Below are positions 13,979 to 27,539 of a DNA stretch of 64,000 nt, piece after piece. Made by a program: the position numbers and the translations under genes. Each line of letters opens with the position of its first letter. The first letter of the stretch is position 1. Origin of the DNA: Antedon mediterranea (Eukaryota > Animalia > Echinodermata); NCBI RefSeq assembly GCF_964355755.1, contig NC_092671.1, positions 36,652,304 to 36,716,303 of the forward strand, in the 5' to 3' direction. Under the pieces are notes generated by a model, which saw nothing but the letters and a program-made list of their open reading frames with translations, did no database searches and was not told where the DNA came from.

Positions 13979-14217
13979 GGAGTTGGGTAGTCGAGTGGTT
14001 AGGACACGTGACTGTCATACAGCGAGACCTGGGTTCAATTCCCGACAACTCCCAGTCTACTCATCTGTAAATAAGTACCTGTTTGAAAATACTAGGGAGA
14101 AAAAAGGCGGCAAGGCCACCCTACCATGGCCACCCTACCACATAATGCCAAGGCTTAAGTAAAATGAGCTAACAGCTCATTACCCTATGTTCAGAATTGA
14201 ATACGGAACCTTTACCT
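13979..14217 (+). mobile_element. tRNA(Asp-like)-derived SINE
   Basis: Head GGAGTTG...CAACTCC with A/B boxes and a CTGTCA loop; tail cctttacctt; tattgaca on both sides as TSD. Confidence 0.75.
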
Positions 14218-15218
14218 TATTGACAAAAAATAATTAATAAAGTGCTATTAATACTGTATCTCTTTACTTGCATCTCTTCAAGTGCAGACAATTATTATCA
14301 ATTATTTCAAAGTGCAAAATCATTAATTAATTTACATAATGCTGTATAGTATATCTCATAAACTTATACTCTAATTAACCAACATAGATTGCTAAGTAGC
14401 ACCATGTACTTCAAACCACTGTGATTACTAAAGAAATGTCTGAAAGGTGTTCACGCCCTATTACTCAAGAACAGAAAATGGCTGTATCCACTTGGAATCA
14501 ATTACAAATGATCTCATTCATACTCCAATTATTAATAACATCAGAATTGTTTGTTCGTAAATGGTTCCGTAATTAATAATCTTAGTCATCGTTGATAATT
14601 TAGAATTGGGGAAGGTGAAGACTAGAAGACTAAAGCTATTGTGCTTAAAATAATTGCACCATTGTGAGTCACTCATTGGATCATGCTAGTTCCCCTTATT
14701 CTATCTACTGTAGTAGTAGTAAAATGCATGCTTGTATCAGGAAAGAGTGGAATTACCTGCTTATATTAAGACAGTGTTAAGGTAGGCAGCTACTTTAAAA
14801 CCTATTTAAAGTACATTTACCGGTTGACTCAACTTTCAAAATGATAATCTGTTTTATTTCCATTTTAATGCATTATAAAATCCACTAGTGTGCTGATGAA
14901 ATCCTAAAGAGGTGTTTTAAAACGATTGCTTTAAGTGATATGCTAGATAGTAGTTAGTTCCATACACTGCACCTTTTCTACAATTATAGTAATCTCGCCT
15001 TGGCTGGATCGATCAACCTGCCATAAATATTGGTGAATTTTAAACTATACTATAATATTACAATTCTTATTTTATAGGGCATGTTTCTGCTGAATAACGC
15101 AGAATAAACCGTTTATTTAAAAATATATTTTTTTTGGACTGATATCTCTTCTCCCAAAATAACTGTTTTGTTGTGGTTGGTTATTAGCAAAAACATTAAC
15201 ATTATCCAAAATGCAATA

Positions 15219-15390
15219 AGGGTTATCGCAAATAGCGTGAGTGATGCATGATGGGAAGGAATTGGAAGCAATAGCTCCACCACCAGTATAAGTTTTTATT
15301 ATACTTTGGTGCTATTGCTCCCAAACCCTTCACATCATGCACTGTGCAATGACGTGCCTCACGAAAAGCAAGCTGTTTGGGATAAACCCT
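15219..15390. mobile_element. palindromic MITE
   Basis: Ends AGGGTTATCGCAAATAGC / GCTGTTTGGGATAAACCCT; inner arms gcaatagc / gctattgc. Confidence 0.6.
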
Positions 15391-16267
15391 ATGCGATCAG
15401 GCGATCAGCTACATCAAATATCCATTATTTTCCATTGCAGCTAGAAGTTGTACAGCACTATGTTTTTCTATGGTGTGTGTATTAGTACCTAAGACTTTTC
15501 TCACTAATAACATAAATCTTAAGAGAACTGAACAAAGTGAGCCATGCAGACAAATATTATATACAATAGGTCTCCTGGGGTATATTTTACACAGAGAATA
15601 ACATTGAAATTCATTGGTCTCGTATTTTGAACTATTTGTTCACCTAAAGGGCACTGTGTAGTAGACTCTGTGTGCACTTTATTTACTTTTGAGGGATGCG
15701 TCCACAGTACGCAAACTTTAATTGTTATGATTGCCAACCCCCTATAGCTATGCTGTATTACCCAACATCAATAAAAGGCAGGTAATTGTAGTCAAATTTA
15801 TACGCTTTATTCCTAATATTGTATACACTTTGCATTGTACTATGCAACACTGGTTATGTATCTTGTGTCTATGGGTAATTTAGCGTACTGTGTGTTTGAT
15901 ATCGCCTTGCAAAGTTTTATAGAGTGCTTATGCATTGTTATGGAGTAGGTTAACTTTAAATTACAGCGACCATGAATGGGAAATCTACCGATACACACAA
16001 TCTACCAATATATAATATTTTGTGCGAGGTGTAGCGTGGAGAGCTGATTAGATAGTTCTTAACACTCATGGCAATCCTCGCGGTGCTGCACCTTTGCCAT
16101 GTGTATAATGTTGTAGATTAAATTTCGTACCTGAAAATTGAATAAAATTAACAATTAAAAAAATTATATTTTATATACTTTTATTATACAGTAAGTACAG
16201 ATTGATAATTTTATAGAATATCCCATTATTAATATTGATTTAAAGATTTAACATTATAAAGATGCAT

Positions 16268-16386
16268 GTACACTATCAAACTTTATGATGATGTCATATC
16301 ACTACCATATTTGGGAATATCACTACCATATTTGGGAATATCACTACCATATTTGGGCACATCACACTTTTTTCGTCAAACTAGTT
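16268..16386. mobile_element. MITE family M, partial
   Basis: tacactatcaaact plus three 21-bp repeats. Confidence 0.75.
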
Positions 16387-17599
16387 AATAAAGTTAGTTA
16401 CAATCTATACAAACAAATAAACCTTGAATTCTTTTATATGAAAATGAGTAAATAAATATATAAGATTACTATATTCACATCTACTGTGTGTGGACAGACA
16501 TTATATTTATCATTCAGATTCACATGTAATAAGCTCTCCTTTTTACTTCATGACAACTATACTTCGTACTTGTCAATGTTGACATAAATAAATCACACTC
16601 CTCATGCAAGATAAGTTTCAAAGCAAAACATTAGCAAACTTGTCTCCAATTTCCTCTATAATTCGCCCACGAATTTATGTGTCTAGTTTTCTAATCAAAG
16701 TTTATGTCGGAGATTCTTCTAAAAATTCATTACATCTATTTTTTACGGATGTCACTTTCAAGCTGATATTTTGTTGTAATACTGTCGACTGTCGGAGAAT
16801 ATTAACAGCAGGTTTGTTCTTAACGCGATGCACTAAAGAAAAGTATTTTTTTGGAACTGAATGACTGAGTACTATTTAACGTTATATCGTACTGTGGTAT
16901 GTGTATTCGCACTACTTTTTATGTAGATGTACAAGTGATTTTCCAACTGATCAAGCACGTTCACACTCTGTTTAAATTCCAAATATCATTGTTTTGCTTG
17001 GTAGCATCTGTGGAGATAGTAAATGTGTTGCGGGCTTTGCTATGTGTTTAACCGACAAACAATTAGGCCATAATAGCCTAGACAATGGACAAGTAGCCTG
17101 AAGGACTAGCGGCTAATTCTACTGTTAGCGCCAGTCTGTGTTTTTCATTAAACACATTATTAGTGTTCTGCAATGCATAGCAATGAATCTACTAAAACAA
17201 GTGTCGTTTGATGAGTAATCAACATTTTTAGGACTGCTTTAACCATTTCTGGTGAATTTATTCAGTTTTACAGTAGAGACATAGATAACTGATTGATACG
17301 GACAGTTAATACTGTACTAACTGTTGAATTTGAAGTTGTTATGTCGTCGTTATTAAACAGGTAATTTGTTGTTTTTGCCAATTCTTCAAGAGAATATTTA
17401 AAGTAGACCTTGGAGCACGGTTTTCTTGCATATTGAAAACTAGTACTTTACATTCTTTTCCATTAAAATGTTGGATTAGCTTCCATTGTATGTATTATCA
17501 AATGTAGGCCTCCTTCGTGCCTGTCATTTGTAAAAGTACTACCGGATGTGTAGCATAATTTGTATCGTAGATTGTTGCCATATTTTCATTTGGAGTGAG

Positions 17600-18295
17600 C
17601 TTCTTATTTATTATTTGTAAGTTGAATTGAACTCAACATCCAATATTAAATTTAAAACTATGGCAGTTAAATTGTGTTCTGTTTACACTTTAAAAATGTA
17701 AAACAACTTTAGATGCACTTGGTATGTAAATTAAAAGTTAATTGTTTTCATTGTGTAGTTTAATTCATTTGTTTCTTCAAAGTTATTTATTTATTATTTG
17801 TAATTTTAAATTGAACTCCACATCCAATCTTAAATTTAAAACTACAGTATGGCAGTTACATACACTTTCAAAAACAGCAAAACTTGCAAATTTAGATGCA
17901 GTCGGTATGCAATTAACAATTATTTTCATTGTGTAGTTATTTATTTGTTTCTTCAAAGTTATTTATTTATTATTTGTAAAAGTTAAATTGAACTCAACAT
18001 CCAATCTAAAATTTAAAACTATGGCAGTTAAATTTTTTTCTGTTTACACTAAAAATGTAACAAAACTTTAGATGCACTTGGTATGCAAATTAACAGTTAA
18101 TTGTTTTCATTGTGTAGTTTAAATTAATTTGTTTGTTCAAATGTATTTATTTATTATTTGTAAAATTAAATTTAAATTTTTTTTTCTATTTACACTTTAA
18201 AAATGTAACAAAACTTTAGATGCACTTGGTATGCAAATTAACTTGAATGAATTGTTTTCATTGTGAAGTTATTCATTTGTTTGTTCAAAGTTAAT
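17600..18295. repeat. degenerate tandem repeat, ~175-bp unit x4
   Basis: ttagatgcacttggtatg...ttttcattgtg...ttcaaagtta recurs four times. Confidence 0.85.
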
Positions 18296-19654
18296 TAAAC
18301 TTTAATATTGTATAATAAAGTGGTTTATTTATTTAAACCTGGACATTTGATACTAGATTAATTAGCTTATTAGCATCCTTATGATATATCGCTTCCTGTA
18401 GGTGACTGGCCATAAGTTTAATTATACTTGTTAGAATAGACAGTTCCTTATTATCCATTGGGGTGGTACTGTATTATAATCATTAGCTTTGCTTATTCTT
18501 TACCTGGCGGTCAGCGGATCATTACTGTAGTTTACAAGTTTGGATTTTAAGGTGATAGGTAGTTTGGCTGATTCTTTTTTTTTTAAATTGAAACAGTAAG
18601 TACAATTTGGTTCTATTTTCAAAATTATTGATAAATTATATATTTGTATTTTTTTTTTTGTAAGTTTCTTTTTTTTCTAAGCCAAAAAAGTATTGTTACA
18701 TACCACTACCTTTCATCGTCGGTCATCAGGTCAGGTGAATGAGCTAGCCGAAGCTAGGTCGTATCATCGGTAGGTATTCTCCGATGACGTGCGTCTTCTG
18801 TGATGTTAAGAGGTCTTTTCCAGGGGGGGGGGGGGGGTCCCGGGTTCTCGCTGTTGGTGTAGAAGGTCATCATATATATTTGACAGTTCGTATGCCAAAT
18901 GAAATTATTTGAACATATATATTTGCATCTTATAAAGAGTTGTAGAACTAGAGAAGGACTATTTTACCTCAAATTTCAACTTGAAAACAGTATAGAAAAA
19001 GTAAACTTACTTACAGTACTTAACAATATGGAAATCTTATAATGCGCCTGTTTCCATAAAAAAATTAGATGCTCTTAGCGAACTTGACATACCAATGCAA
19101 TGAATGAAGTCATGTAGTAAAGTCGGAGCTGATGATAAACATCTTAAGCTTTGATTTAGGTTTACTTAGATAATATACTGGATGCAGGACTAAATTAAGA
19201 GTCCTCTATATCCAGATCCAATTGGTCACTCCTTCTGTTTTTGTATTCTTAACTTGTGATCATAAATTACAGGTTGATTCATCTAGAATTTGTCCAAACC
19301 ATTCACTGTGAGGTTGCTGTCACATGTTCGGGCAAAGAATTCCAATTATTGGACAATTTATTTTAAATTAAATTATTTATTTGAGTTGTTTTTGTTTTAC
19401 TCCAATGACCTTTCAGTAAGCAACTGTCAAACATGTGATATGTTCTGCAACTGCTACGCTCTGAGAATCCTGATCATACAAAAACATCTTTAATTTTCCA
19501 CTACCATGCCCCGTAAAGCGCCCCCTTCCTGATTGTATTGATTGGTAATAACGTAAACAAGATTCTTGCATGCTACATGCTAGGAATCCTGATTCCTAGC
19601 ATGATGTTTATGATTATTTCAATTTCTCGTACAAAGTTTCTATTTCTGGTCTAA

Positions 19655-19811
19655 AGCTGTCTACACTATTAAACTAGTTTGACAATAACATTCTGATGTG
19701 CCCCAATATGGTAGTGATATGCCAAAAAATGGTAGTGATGACATCATCATGTCCATATATAGGCACATCATATTTTTTTGTCGCATAAAGTTTGATAGTG
19801 TAGACAGAGCT
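19655..19811. mobile_element. MITE family M, full
   Basis: Both TIRs, internal repeats. Confidence 0.85.
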
Positions 19812-20155
19812 TTAGGCATTGAACAAACATTGTGCTTACTAAGTTACAACCCTGGTATATTGGTTTGTAACAAGTATAAAATACCGGTCTTGGGTTTTTT
19901 TTTCCTTGTACCACGCCAAGAAGCCTGGTTTTACCCAAACATGATTTCATCAAAAACCAGCATCTATCGCCCTCTCGTAATTATATGTGTCAGGAGCAAC
20001 ACGTTTACATTTGTTTTCTTTCTTCATACCGAGAAGCCTGGACATACATAAACATGTTTATCATTTTCTTTTCTACCACCAAATGCCATTCTAGCCCCCT
20101 GGTATCTTTACAGTAGGCCTATATTTCTACTTATCGTTTTTATTTACAGGCATAA

Positions 20156-20322
20156 AGCTTTGTCTACACTATCAAACTTTATGTGACAAAAAAATATGAT
20201 GTGCCTAAATATGGTGGTGATATGCCCAAATATGGTAGTGATATGACATCATCATGTCCATATATATATCCACATGTATTTTGTGTCACATAGTTTGATA
20301 GTGGATAACAGTAGACAGAGCT
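20156..20322. mobile_element. MITE family M, full
   Basis: Both TIRs, TAA TSD. Confidence 0.82.
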
Positions 20323-20558
20323 TAAGGAAATAGCAAATTCGTTTTTCTCTATTCAGAGCTCCCTTTTGCTTTCAAACTATTCATGTACTGTAGATTACAA
20401 TACATTAATGTGTACTACTTTACTGCTGATTTATTCTTTTATATCTCAAAACAGCTGGGCTTTGGTGATATATTTTGTAATAATTTATACAATATTTCAA
20501 AATAACACTCTTTATATTAACAAACAGTAATTGTTAATTTGAATGTAAAAAACATAAA

Positions 20559-20650
20559 ACCCTGTCTACACTATCAAACTGTATGTGACAAAAAATGTGA
20601 TATGCCCATATATGGAAATGATGATGTCATATCACTACCATATTTGGACC
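20559..20650. mobile_element. MITE family M, partial
   Basis: Left TIR plus one repeat. Confidence 0.72.
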
Positions 20651-21090
20651 ATCTTTATAGGATATGCGACACAGATATGTTTTTCAGATACTTAAATATC
20701 ATCAAACTTAACGAATTCTTATATCAGTTGATTCCTAGTATTGTTGCCAAAAACATTTTTATGAATTATCTATAGAATACTGTATCTTTACTTTTTCGAT
20801 TAAAGTTTGTGATTGTTTAACGAGATTGATGAAACTTTATTATCTTCGAAATTTGAAATGGATTCCAATATTGGACTGGATCCTCAGACATATCTGTTGA
20901 TTAATAACTGAATGTTATCCATACCTGTGTCTCGTGGGATCTATGCAATTAATTGCAAGTAAATATTGACATAATAAGTAATGATATAGTTTTACTGTGT
21001 TTATCACTTTTCTAGGTTAATAACCTTATGTTGATGAATGATAATTTATTAACCTTTGTCTTTGTTTCAAGTAAATAACAATTTTTCTTA

Positions 21091-21300
21091 AGCTCTGTCT
21101 ACACTATCAAACTAGTTTGACAAAAAAAAGTATGATGTGGCCAAATATGGTAGTGATATGCCCAAATATTGTAGTGATATGCCCAAATATGGTGGTGATT
21201 TGCCCAAATATGGTAGTGATTTGCCCAAATATGGTAGTGATATGACATCGTCATTTCCATATATGGGCATATCACCTAAAGTTTGTAGTGCAAACAGGGC
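21091..21300. mobile_element. MITE family M with five internal 21-bp repeats
   Basis: Left TIR intact; expanded gcccaaatatggtagtgatat array. Confidence 0.83.
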
Positions 21301-21961
21301 ATTACAGTAATATAATTATTTCAGTCCTAATTAAAAAAAAACACTTCTTCTTTTCTCATCAAATTTTGGAAATTTATAACTAGTTATTTTGATTGTTTTC
21401 ATCAATTTAATTGGAAAAAAGATCATTCAATTTTCATCGTAATTTCATTATTGCATTATGAGGTGTGAAACAGTGACTGAAAATTAGATGATACATAAGT
21501 ACACCAATATGTAATAGTACTAATTTCTGGACGTGAAACTAAATTTGTTTTAATTATCCTAAAACAGCAAAAAGCCGTTTTACACTGCCCAGAGGTGAAA
21601 AAAATAGGATAACATTCAATTTCATTTAATCCTAGAGTGTTTTTTTTTACAATTTATTAAGTTGTAAAACGTGGTAGAGTATTGTAAAAGGAAACGTTTA
21701 TGAATTTGTGTTGCATTAAATTGAATTCTAGTTACAACGATAATTAAAATCATTGCCATGTGTTCATTTATTTCTGCTACACTTACCTTCTAAATAATGG
21801 CGTTAAAATAAACCGATTGCAGTGACCTGAATTAGGTTTTAGAGACTCATTAATGTTAAGAGAGTTAATGCGATTAGGTCTGTAATTTGATGTGTTCATT
21901 TAATCAATTGTTTCAAGCTGCCAGTTGCTCATAACTAAATTTGCATCCATTGTTCTTGCAG

Positions 21962-22042
21962 AAACATCGACAAGAACTGGAAAACATTGTGATGTCCAGT
22001 GCTGCGGGTCAGAGTCGCCAGTCCCGTTCCAATGTGGAGGCA
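21962..22042 (+). CDS. candidate alternative MCC exon (cassette, or ATG-containing exon of a short isoform)
   Basis: Branch-like ctaaat plus ttcttgcAG acceptor and GCA|gtaagt donor. 81 nt, phase 0/0, KHRQELENIVMSSAAGQSRQSRSNVEA, GC-richer than flanks, in frame with the 48771 exon. Confidence 0.6.
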
Positions 22043-23327
22043 GTAAGTGTTATTTAGTCATTGTCATATTATCTTTATTTGTCCATTAAAACTGAAATGA
22101 ACAGAAATTTGCTTTGAAAAACTGGTATATCATCATAAAAAAATATAATAAATAAAACAGTAAAAATACACAGAAAATTGTACAACACAGAATAGCTTGT
22201 TAACAACACAGAAACAACACAATTCTCTGATAAAAGATTAAAAATTACTTATTATAATAATTTTACTGTATTTCATTAAAAATATCTTGTACTAATGAAA
22301 GAACTGAAATTTAGATTCCTGGAAGACTTGCCTACCAGTCACTCCCATTTCCTATTTCATTTCATTTCATAGTAACATTTATTTCCTTCATAATAATAAT
22401 AATATACAAAATATAAATAATACAATACAAACATTCATAACGAGAAGTAAGGTCAAGTTCAATATTGAATATCGAAACGTGGCAAGCTGATGGCGCTTGA
22501 CCTTTGACAAGATCGCCTAAATTTCTAGTTTTTAACCTTACAATACTTGTATTGTATATTCGGGTACAGCCGCTTCATAATCTCTTTGCTTTTCTTCCTT
22601 ATATCTTTTAACATAAAATTGTTTTTACTAACAAACATGACTGTTTATATGCCTAGTGTAGTATGTTTTTACATCTTTAACATATTGTCATAAACATCTT
22701 CATATCGTACAACTACTCGTAACAAATTTTCTCAACTTTCTATCATCTAAAAGTCGTAGTTAGTCATGTCTCGGGTCACATTCTATGGTCACCGTACAGG
22801 TAGGCTACTACATCAGTACTTCTATGAATGGATGACTAGTTGGTGACAATAACGCTAGTTGGTCATAACCAGTACCGTTTTGATTTCACAATCATTCGGG
22901 AAACCACCTCACGACGTTAAAACAATACAATCTTTGTATTCCATAACTAACGTGTTTTATGAGTTATTTATTTCTTTTTAAGACATTGCAACGGAAATAA
23001 AAAATTATAACATTGCTATCTGTATACAACTCTTTACATTAAGCCAGTAATTGTATACAGATATTTAATATAAAACCACATGAAAACATCTTATTACTGA
23101 TATAAATATATTAATAACAATTTTTACACAATAAACATTAATATATTTTAAATATCATTGCATTAAATATACAGATTTTACTTGATATGGTTATTTATTT
23201 TTAATGCAGTTTCTACAAAAAAACGTCCAGTATACTATTAAGGGGACCCCTTTAGGATAAGCGTCTTAATAAGGGTACAGTATCTCTTAAATAGGAATGT
23301 CTCAAAGGAAGGGTTTCTGCTGTGTTT

Positions 23328-23480
23328 AGGCCAATTTACACAAACGAGCGGTAATAGTCATAAATATAGAATCTATGTTATTCCTTTGACATTTTCCACT
23401 CAGGATAGATTTAGATTCTACATCGGACAAGCTACGCAGTTTTCCACTTACCGTTACTGCTCGCCTGTGTAAATTGGCCT
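23328..23480. mobile_element. MITE (Harbinger-like)
   Basis: TIR AGGCCAATTTACACA / TGTGTAAATTGGCCT with further subterminal pairing (cgagcggtaa / ttactgctcg). Confidence 0.78.
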
Positions 23481-24226
23481 TTAAAATCAATTTTTGCCAG
23501 ATAAATGACTTGCTCTGTTTTCTTTAAATAATGTTACATACACTATACTACAATGAACCCAAAATCAATAATGTTGCTTTTATTTTGGTGTTTCTTCAGC
23601 TGCGGGATGTTTGCTTACCTGTGTTTCTGAACACCTAACTAAACATTTTGTTTTATAAGACAGATAATGTTATACTACATTATTATACTGTAGCAATAAC
23701 ACACTAAAGGTTACCTCCGTTCTATACTGTACATGTTAATCTGATCAAATCATATAAAAGTTACAGTACATTTGCAGTAAGTGCGTGTATGATCAGGTAA
23801 CTCTCTTATACCTCTTACCTCTGATATCAGAGGATACTGGTTTCAGAATGTAAAATTAGATAAACAAGCGCTTCCCATTTTGGGGAAGGTGGGTGTTGTA
23901 AAGGATGTGAGAGGGAGTGGTAGAGGGATGGTGTTTTGTTTGGTATTGAATGTTAGTGGTACGAGAGGCTGGTGTTATTAGGGAGCGAGAGGGGGAAGGG
24001 TGGTTGGTGGTCAGTATTTACATTTTCCTGAATGGTGTCAAAATAAATAAAATCAAAACTAATTATTAGGTGTGTGTTGAAATATCATACAAATTTTAAT
24101 TAATATTGTTAAGTAATGAGATTTAATTCTGATGAAAAGAGAGGGATATTCTCCTTTGGGAAGATCAGCATTTGTTATTCTAGTGCCCTTCAAAAATTGA
24201 TTTTAATAAGCTGTATACAGTACTAA

Positions 24227-24389
24227 AGCCTTGTCTACACTATCCAACTTTATGTGACAAAAACATGTGATGTGCCCATATATGGACATAATGATGTCAT
24301 ATCACTACCATATTTGTGCATATCACTACCAAATTTGGGCACATCACACTTTTGTTTTATCACACTTGTTTGATAGTGTATACAGAGCT
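24227..24389. mobile_element. MITE family M, full
   Basis: Both TIRs, internal repeats. Confidence 0.83.
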
Positions 24390-24653
24390 TTAAGTAATAA
24401 CATCATTCGTTTTTACTGCACATGCTCAGAGCATTCTTCTAAATAAAGACCCACATATCCAGCAGTGTATTAATTTATAACAGATAATAACAAATGCTAA
24501 GCACCGCATTACAGTAAGTCAAATTAGCTTCCCTCCACACCTCATCTTTTCTGCATTAATGAGGCTGACTCATACTTTTTTTAAATCTGTACTTGAAATT
24601 TTCAAACTATTTAAAATGCAAATAATCAAAGGTCAATAGATTTTGATATTCAT

Positions 24654-24806
24654 CTGTGGAGTAACGCCTATGAGCGCTCACGGGCCTGAGCAGTGCCAAG
24701 AGGAAAAAATATGTCGAAAAAGCTAAAAACGCCCAAGGACTCCAGCGTTAGAGGGCCACTTAGGGTTGCTAAACCAGGGGCCTTGGGCAACTGCGTTATG
24801 CCACTT
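24654..24806. mobile_element. degenerate hAT-like MITE
   Basis: Ends TGTGGAGTAACGC / GCGTTATGCCACT resemble CAGTGGCGTA termini; GC-rich interior; no clear TSD. Confidence 0.4.
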
Positions 24807-25146
24807 ATACATCTGACCTGTATTATTATGGCTTCCATATTTTATACTGTATGCAAGGTCTTCAACAAGAATTAGTAAATGTTCAGGGAAGATAAAAAAT
24901 ATTAACTTCATAAATAAATAAAAAGAGGGTACAGTAACCCCAAAAAAATAGGCAGTCATGAGTAATTTTTAAACCTTGTGGAAACAACCCGGCATTTCAT
25001 AATTGCATTTTCTTAGTTTTTTTTTCTTATCCTTTTTACGTTGGTTATTAATCATCAGTTTGATTGCCGCAATTATTTTTTATGGTTGAATATTTATCAA
25101 ACATCTTTATCTGTCATTATTAATGTTCTCAAAGGAAAACAAACTG

Positions 25147-25258
25147 CGACAATGTTATTACATGCTACAAGGGGCATGCAGGTTGAACTCGGAATGAAAC
25201 TCGACAATGTTATTACATGCTACAAGGGGCATGCAGGTTGAACTCGGAATGAAACTCG
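25147..25258. repeat. perfect 55-bp tandem duplication
   Basis: cgacaatgttattacatgctacaaggggcatgcaggttgaactcggaatgaaact x2. Confidence 0.9.
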
Positions 25259-25527
25259 TAAAATTACATGAGCATGTTGATTGATTACTCGCAGTTGTCA
25301 TTGGCAACCAAGTAGGGAATTGCGGGTTGAAAACTGTAGTATAGAGAAGATGGTTTATTGTATATTTTACAGTAGCTGCAATATAAATATTGTTAATGAT
25401 AATCTAAATGCTATGGCATGGAAAAAACTGTTACATTTTAAAATAATGTACATTAAAGCATGGATGGATGGCATAGAGTACTGTGTATATAAATCCAGGT
25501 TGCTAAAAATGGAATATCGGTGCTATA

Positions 25528-25682
25528 AGCTCTGTCTACACTATCAAACTTTATGTGACAAACATGATGTGCTCATATATGGACATGATGATGTCATATC
25601 AGTACCATATTTGTTAATTTCACTACCATATTTGGGCACATCATATTTTTTGTCAAACTAGTTTGATAATGTAGACAGAGCT
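25528..25682. mobile_element. MITE family M, full
   Basis: Both TIRs, internal repeats. Confidence 0.85.
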
Positions 25683-27539
25683 TATTAATGTGAATGAAAA
25701 ATGGTGGACCCTCATTACCCTCTCAATAAGCCTCATTATCAAAATGTTATAAAACGTTGTATTATGGAGCTGTTCTCCTTCTGCCACAGGCGTATGTTTC
25801 AGTAAATGAATATATTGGTGCCCTTTAATACAGTATCAACTTTGTTTATATCCATTAATTATACATTTTCTTACTCTGCCATTTATTATTTATGTCTATG
25901 ATTAATTATAGCTAATTAAAGTTTGCAAATTAAAAGCTATTTTCCCAGGAGGGACACCTTACTTTAAAGTAGAAACACAATTAGATTTTGTATATTTGGA
26001 ACTTGATTAATTATTTTAAATAATCAAAAAGTTTGCCAGGAAGTCAGATCCAAAATTCTTGATGTGTGTAGGACTGTGTCGTGTTGCCACGGTTACTTGA
26101 CTTGCATTGTTTGTGCAACTTGCTAAATGATATACTAAGTAAATATTAACCTTGGGTTTGGATAAGACAAAACAATACATTTGTGGTGTTATCAAACCTT
26201 CACAATGTTCTGTTGATCGCTGGTCATACAATATACATACAGTAACTGATTGAATGTTAGCATTTAGATACTTTGAGTGCGTGTTACAGGTACTTGCGTC
26301 CGACAAGCAAGATACGAGTGGATTTTTCTATGTATTGCACTACTTTCTATCAGTAAGGGCTGGTTGTGTAACATTCTTTGTAGATTCAATTTGGATTACG
26401 TGTTCATTTCCATAACATAAATTTATTACATGGTTTTCCTGGCGGTGCAAATGCTGTGAAAAAGGTATTGTAATTGGTATTATTTGTTGGTATAGTTATT
26501 CTTGGAAAAGATCAAAAGTACAGATCTCAGCCTCCTATGGACAGATATCTACAGGACCTTCATACCTAAAGAAATTGGAAACTACTAGAAAAACAAGAAT
26601 CGTTGAGGAGATGAGCGACAAAATTAGATTTTGATTGCAAATTAACCTAAGGTTAATTCATCATGTTTTCTTTTGAAGATTAAAGAAATCTATGAACATG
26701 AACAGGTGAACTTTTACGGAAATGTTTTGCAGCGAAATTGAAATACACGAAGAGGTACATTTTACATTGCAAATCTATCAGACATTAGTTTAGTCTTGCC
26801 AGCTTGACTTCCAACCCACTGTTGGTATTAATGACATTTTTATTGTCTGCTTTATTATTTCTTGAGTAGGTCAAATCATGGCAGGTCACAGTTCAGTTCA
26901 AGGTCAATATAGTGTAAATCTAGCAACATAGGGGAGCTGTGATGTTAGATAGGTCTTGATGTGGTTTCCATGCTCAGCAGGCATATGGTATGAATGATAG
27001 GGGCCAGGTGACTTCAGTGAACATACTCAGCTGCGGAAAGATGGCCTAACCTGCATGGGAAGCTCTGTGTTTGTGTTTGGGAACTTTATTTATCAAGTGG
27101 AAACTAATACGCAACAACAAAATTGTTTGTTGATTCTAGGATATTTGATTTAACTGTAAAGTTTAACCTAATTTGCATATGCAAATGAAGCTGTGTTATA
27201 TTATAACATATGACATAATACTGGACAAATAAACATGCTGGTATTGCCATGAGCTTTTAGTATTGTAAGTAATACCTCCTAAACTTTATTCAGCGTGTGT
27301 TTATTCTATGAAAAACTTTTTTTTTAGTGTGACTGATTCCTGGAATTATTATTTCATTTTTCCTGTGGATTAAACAGAACATATTTTCTTAATTATTGTT
27401 TCCTGAAACTATATATTTAGAAAATTATACATTTTTACCACCTGGCACCAGCAAATATGAAATAACATTTTCATTGCCTAAGTTTACCTTGGAGTATTTT
27501 ATTCAGAAGCTAACCCTTGATAATCTTGGATATATAATT

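Noticed and set aside
13979-14052. tRNA-Asp(GTC) gene
   Set aside because: The anticodon stem is poorly paired, and the sequence continues into a SINE body with tail and TSD.
18700-18735. Minus-strand CTGATGA...GAAA hammerhead-like motif (also near 57355-57380)
   Set aside because: No pairing for stems I-III; a chance match.
19698-20051. Recurrent small ORFs containing LCLHYQT or MPKYGSD (also at 152, 7633, 20539, 25281, 40000-40847, 55180)
   Set aside because: These are translations of MITE family M, not a peptide gene family.
26722-26754. Possible first exon MFCSEIEIHEE
   Set aside because: Phase 0, but the donor (gtacat) is weak and nothing independent supports it; expected by chance in 46 kb. 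Mentioned only as a weak member of the array.
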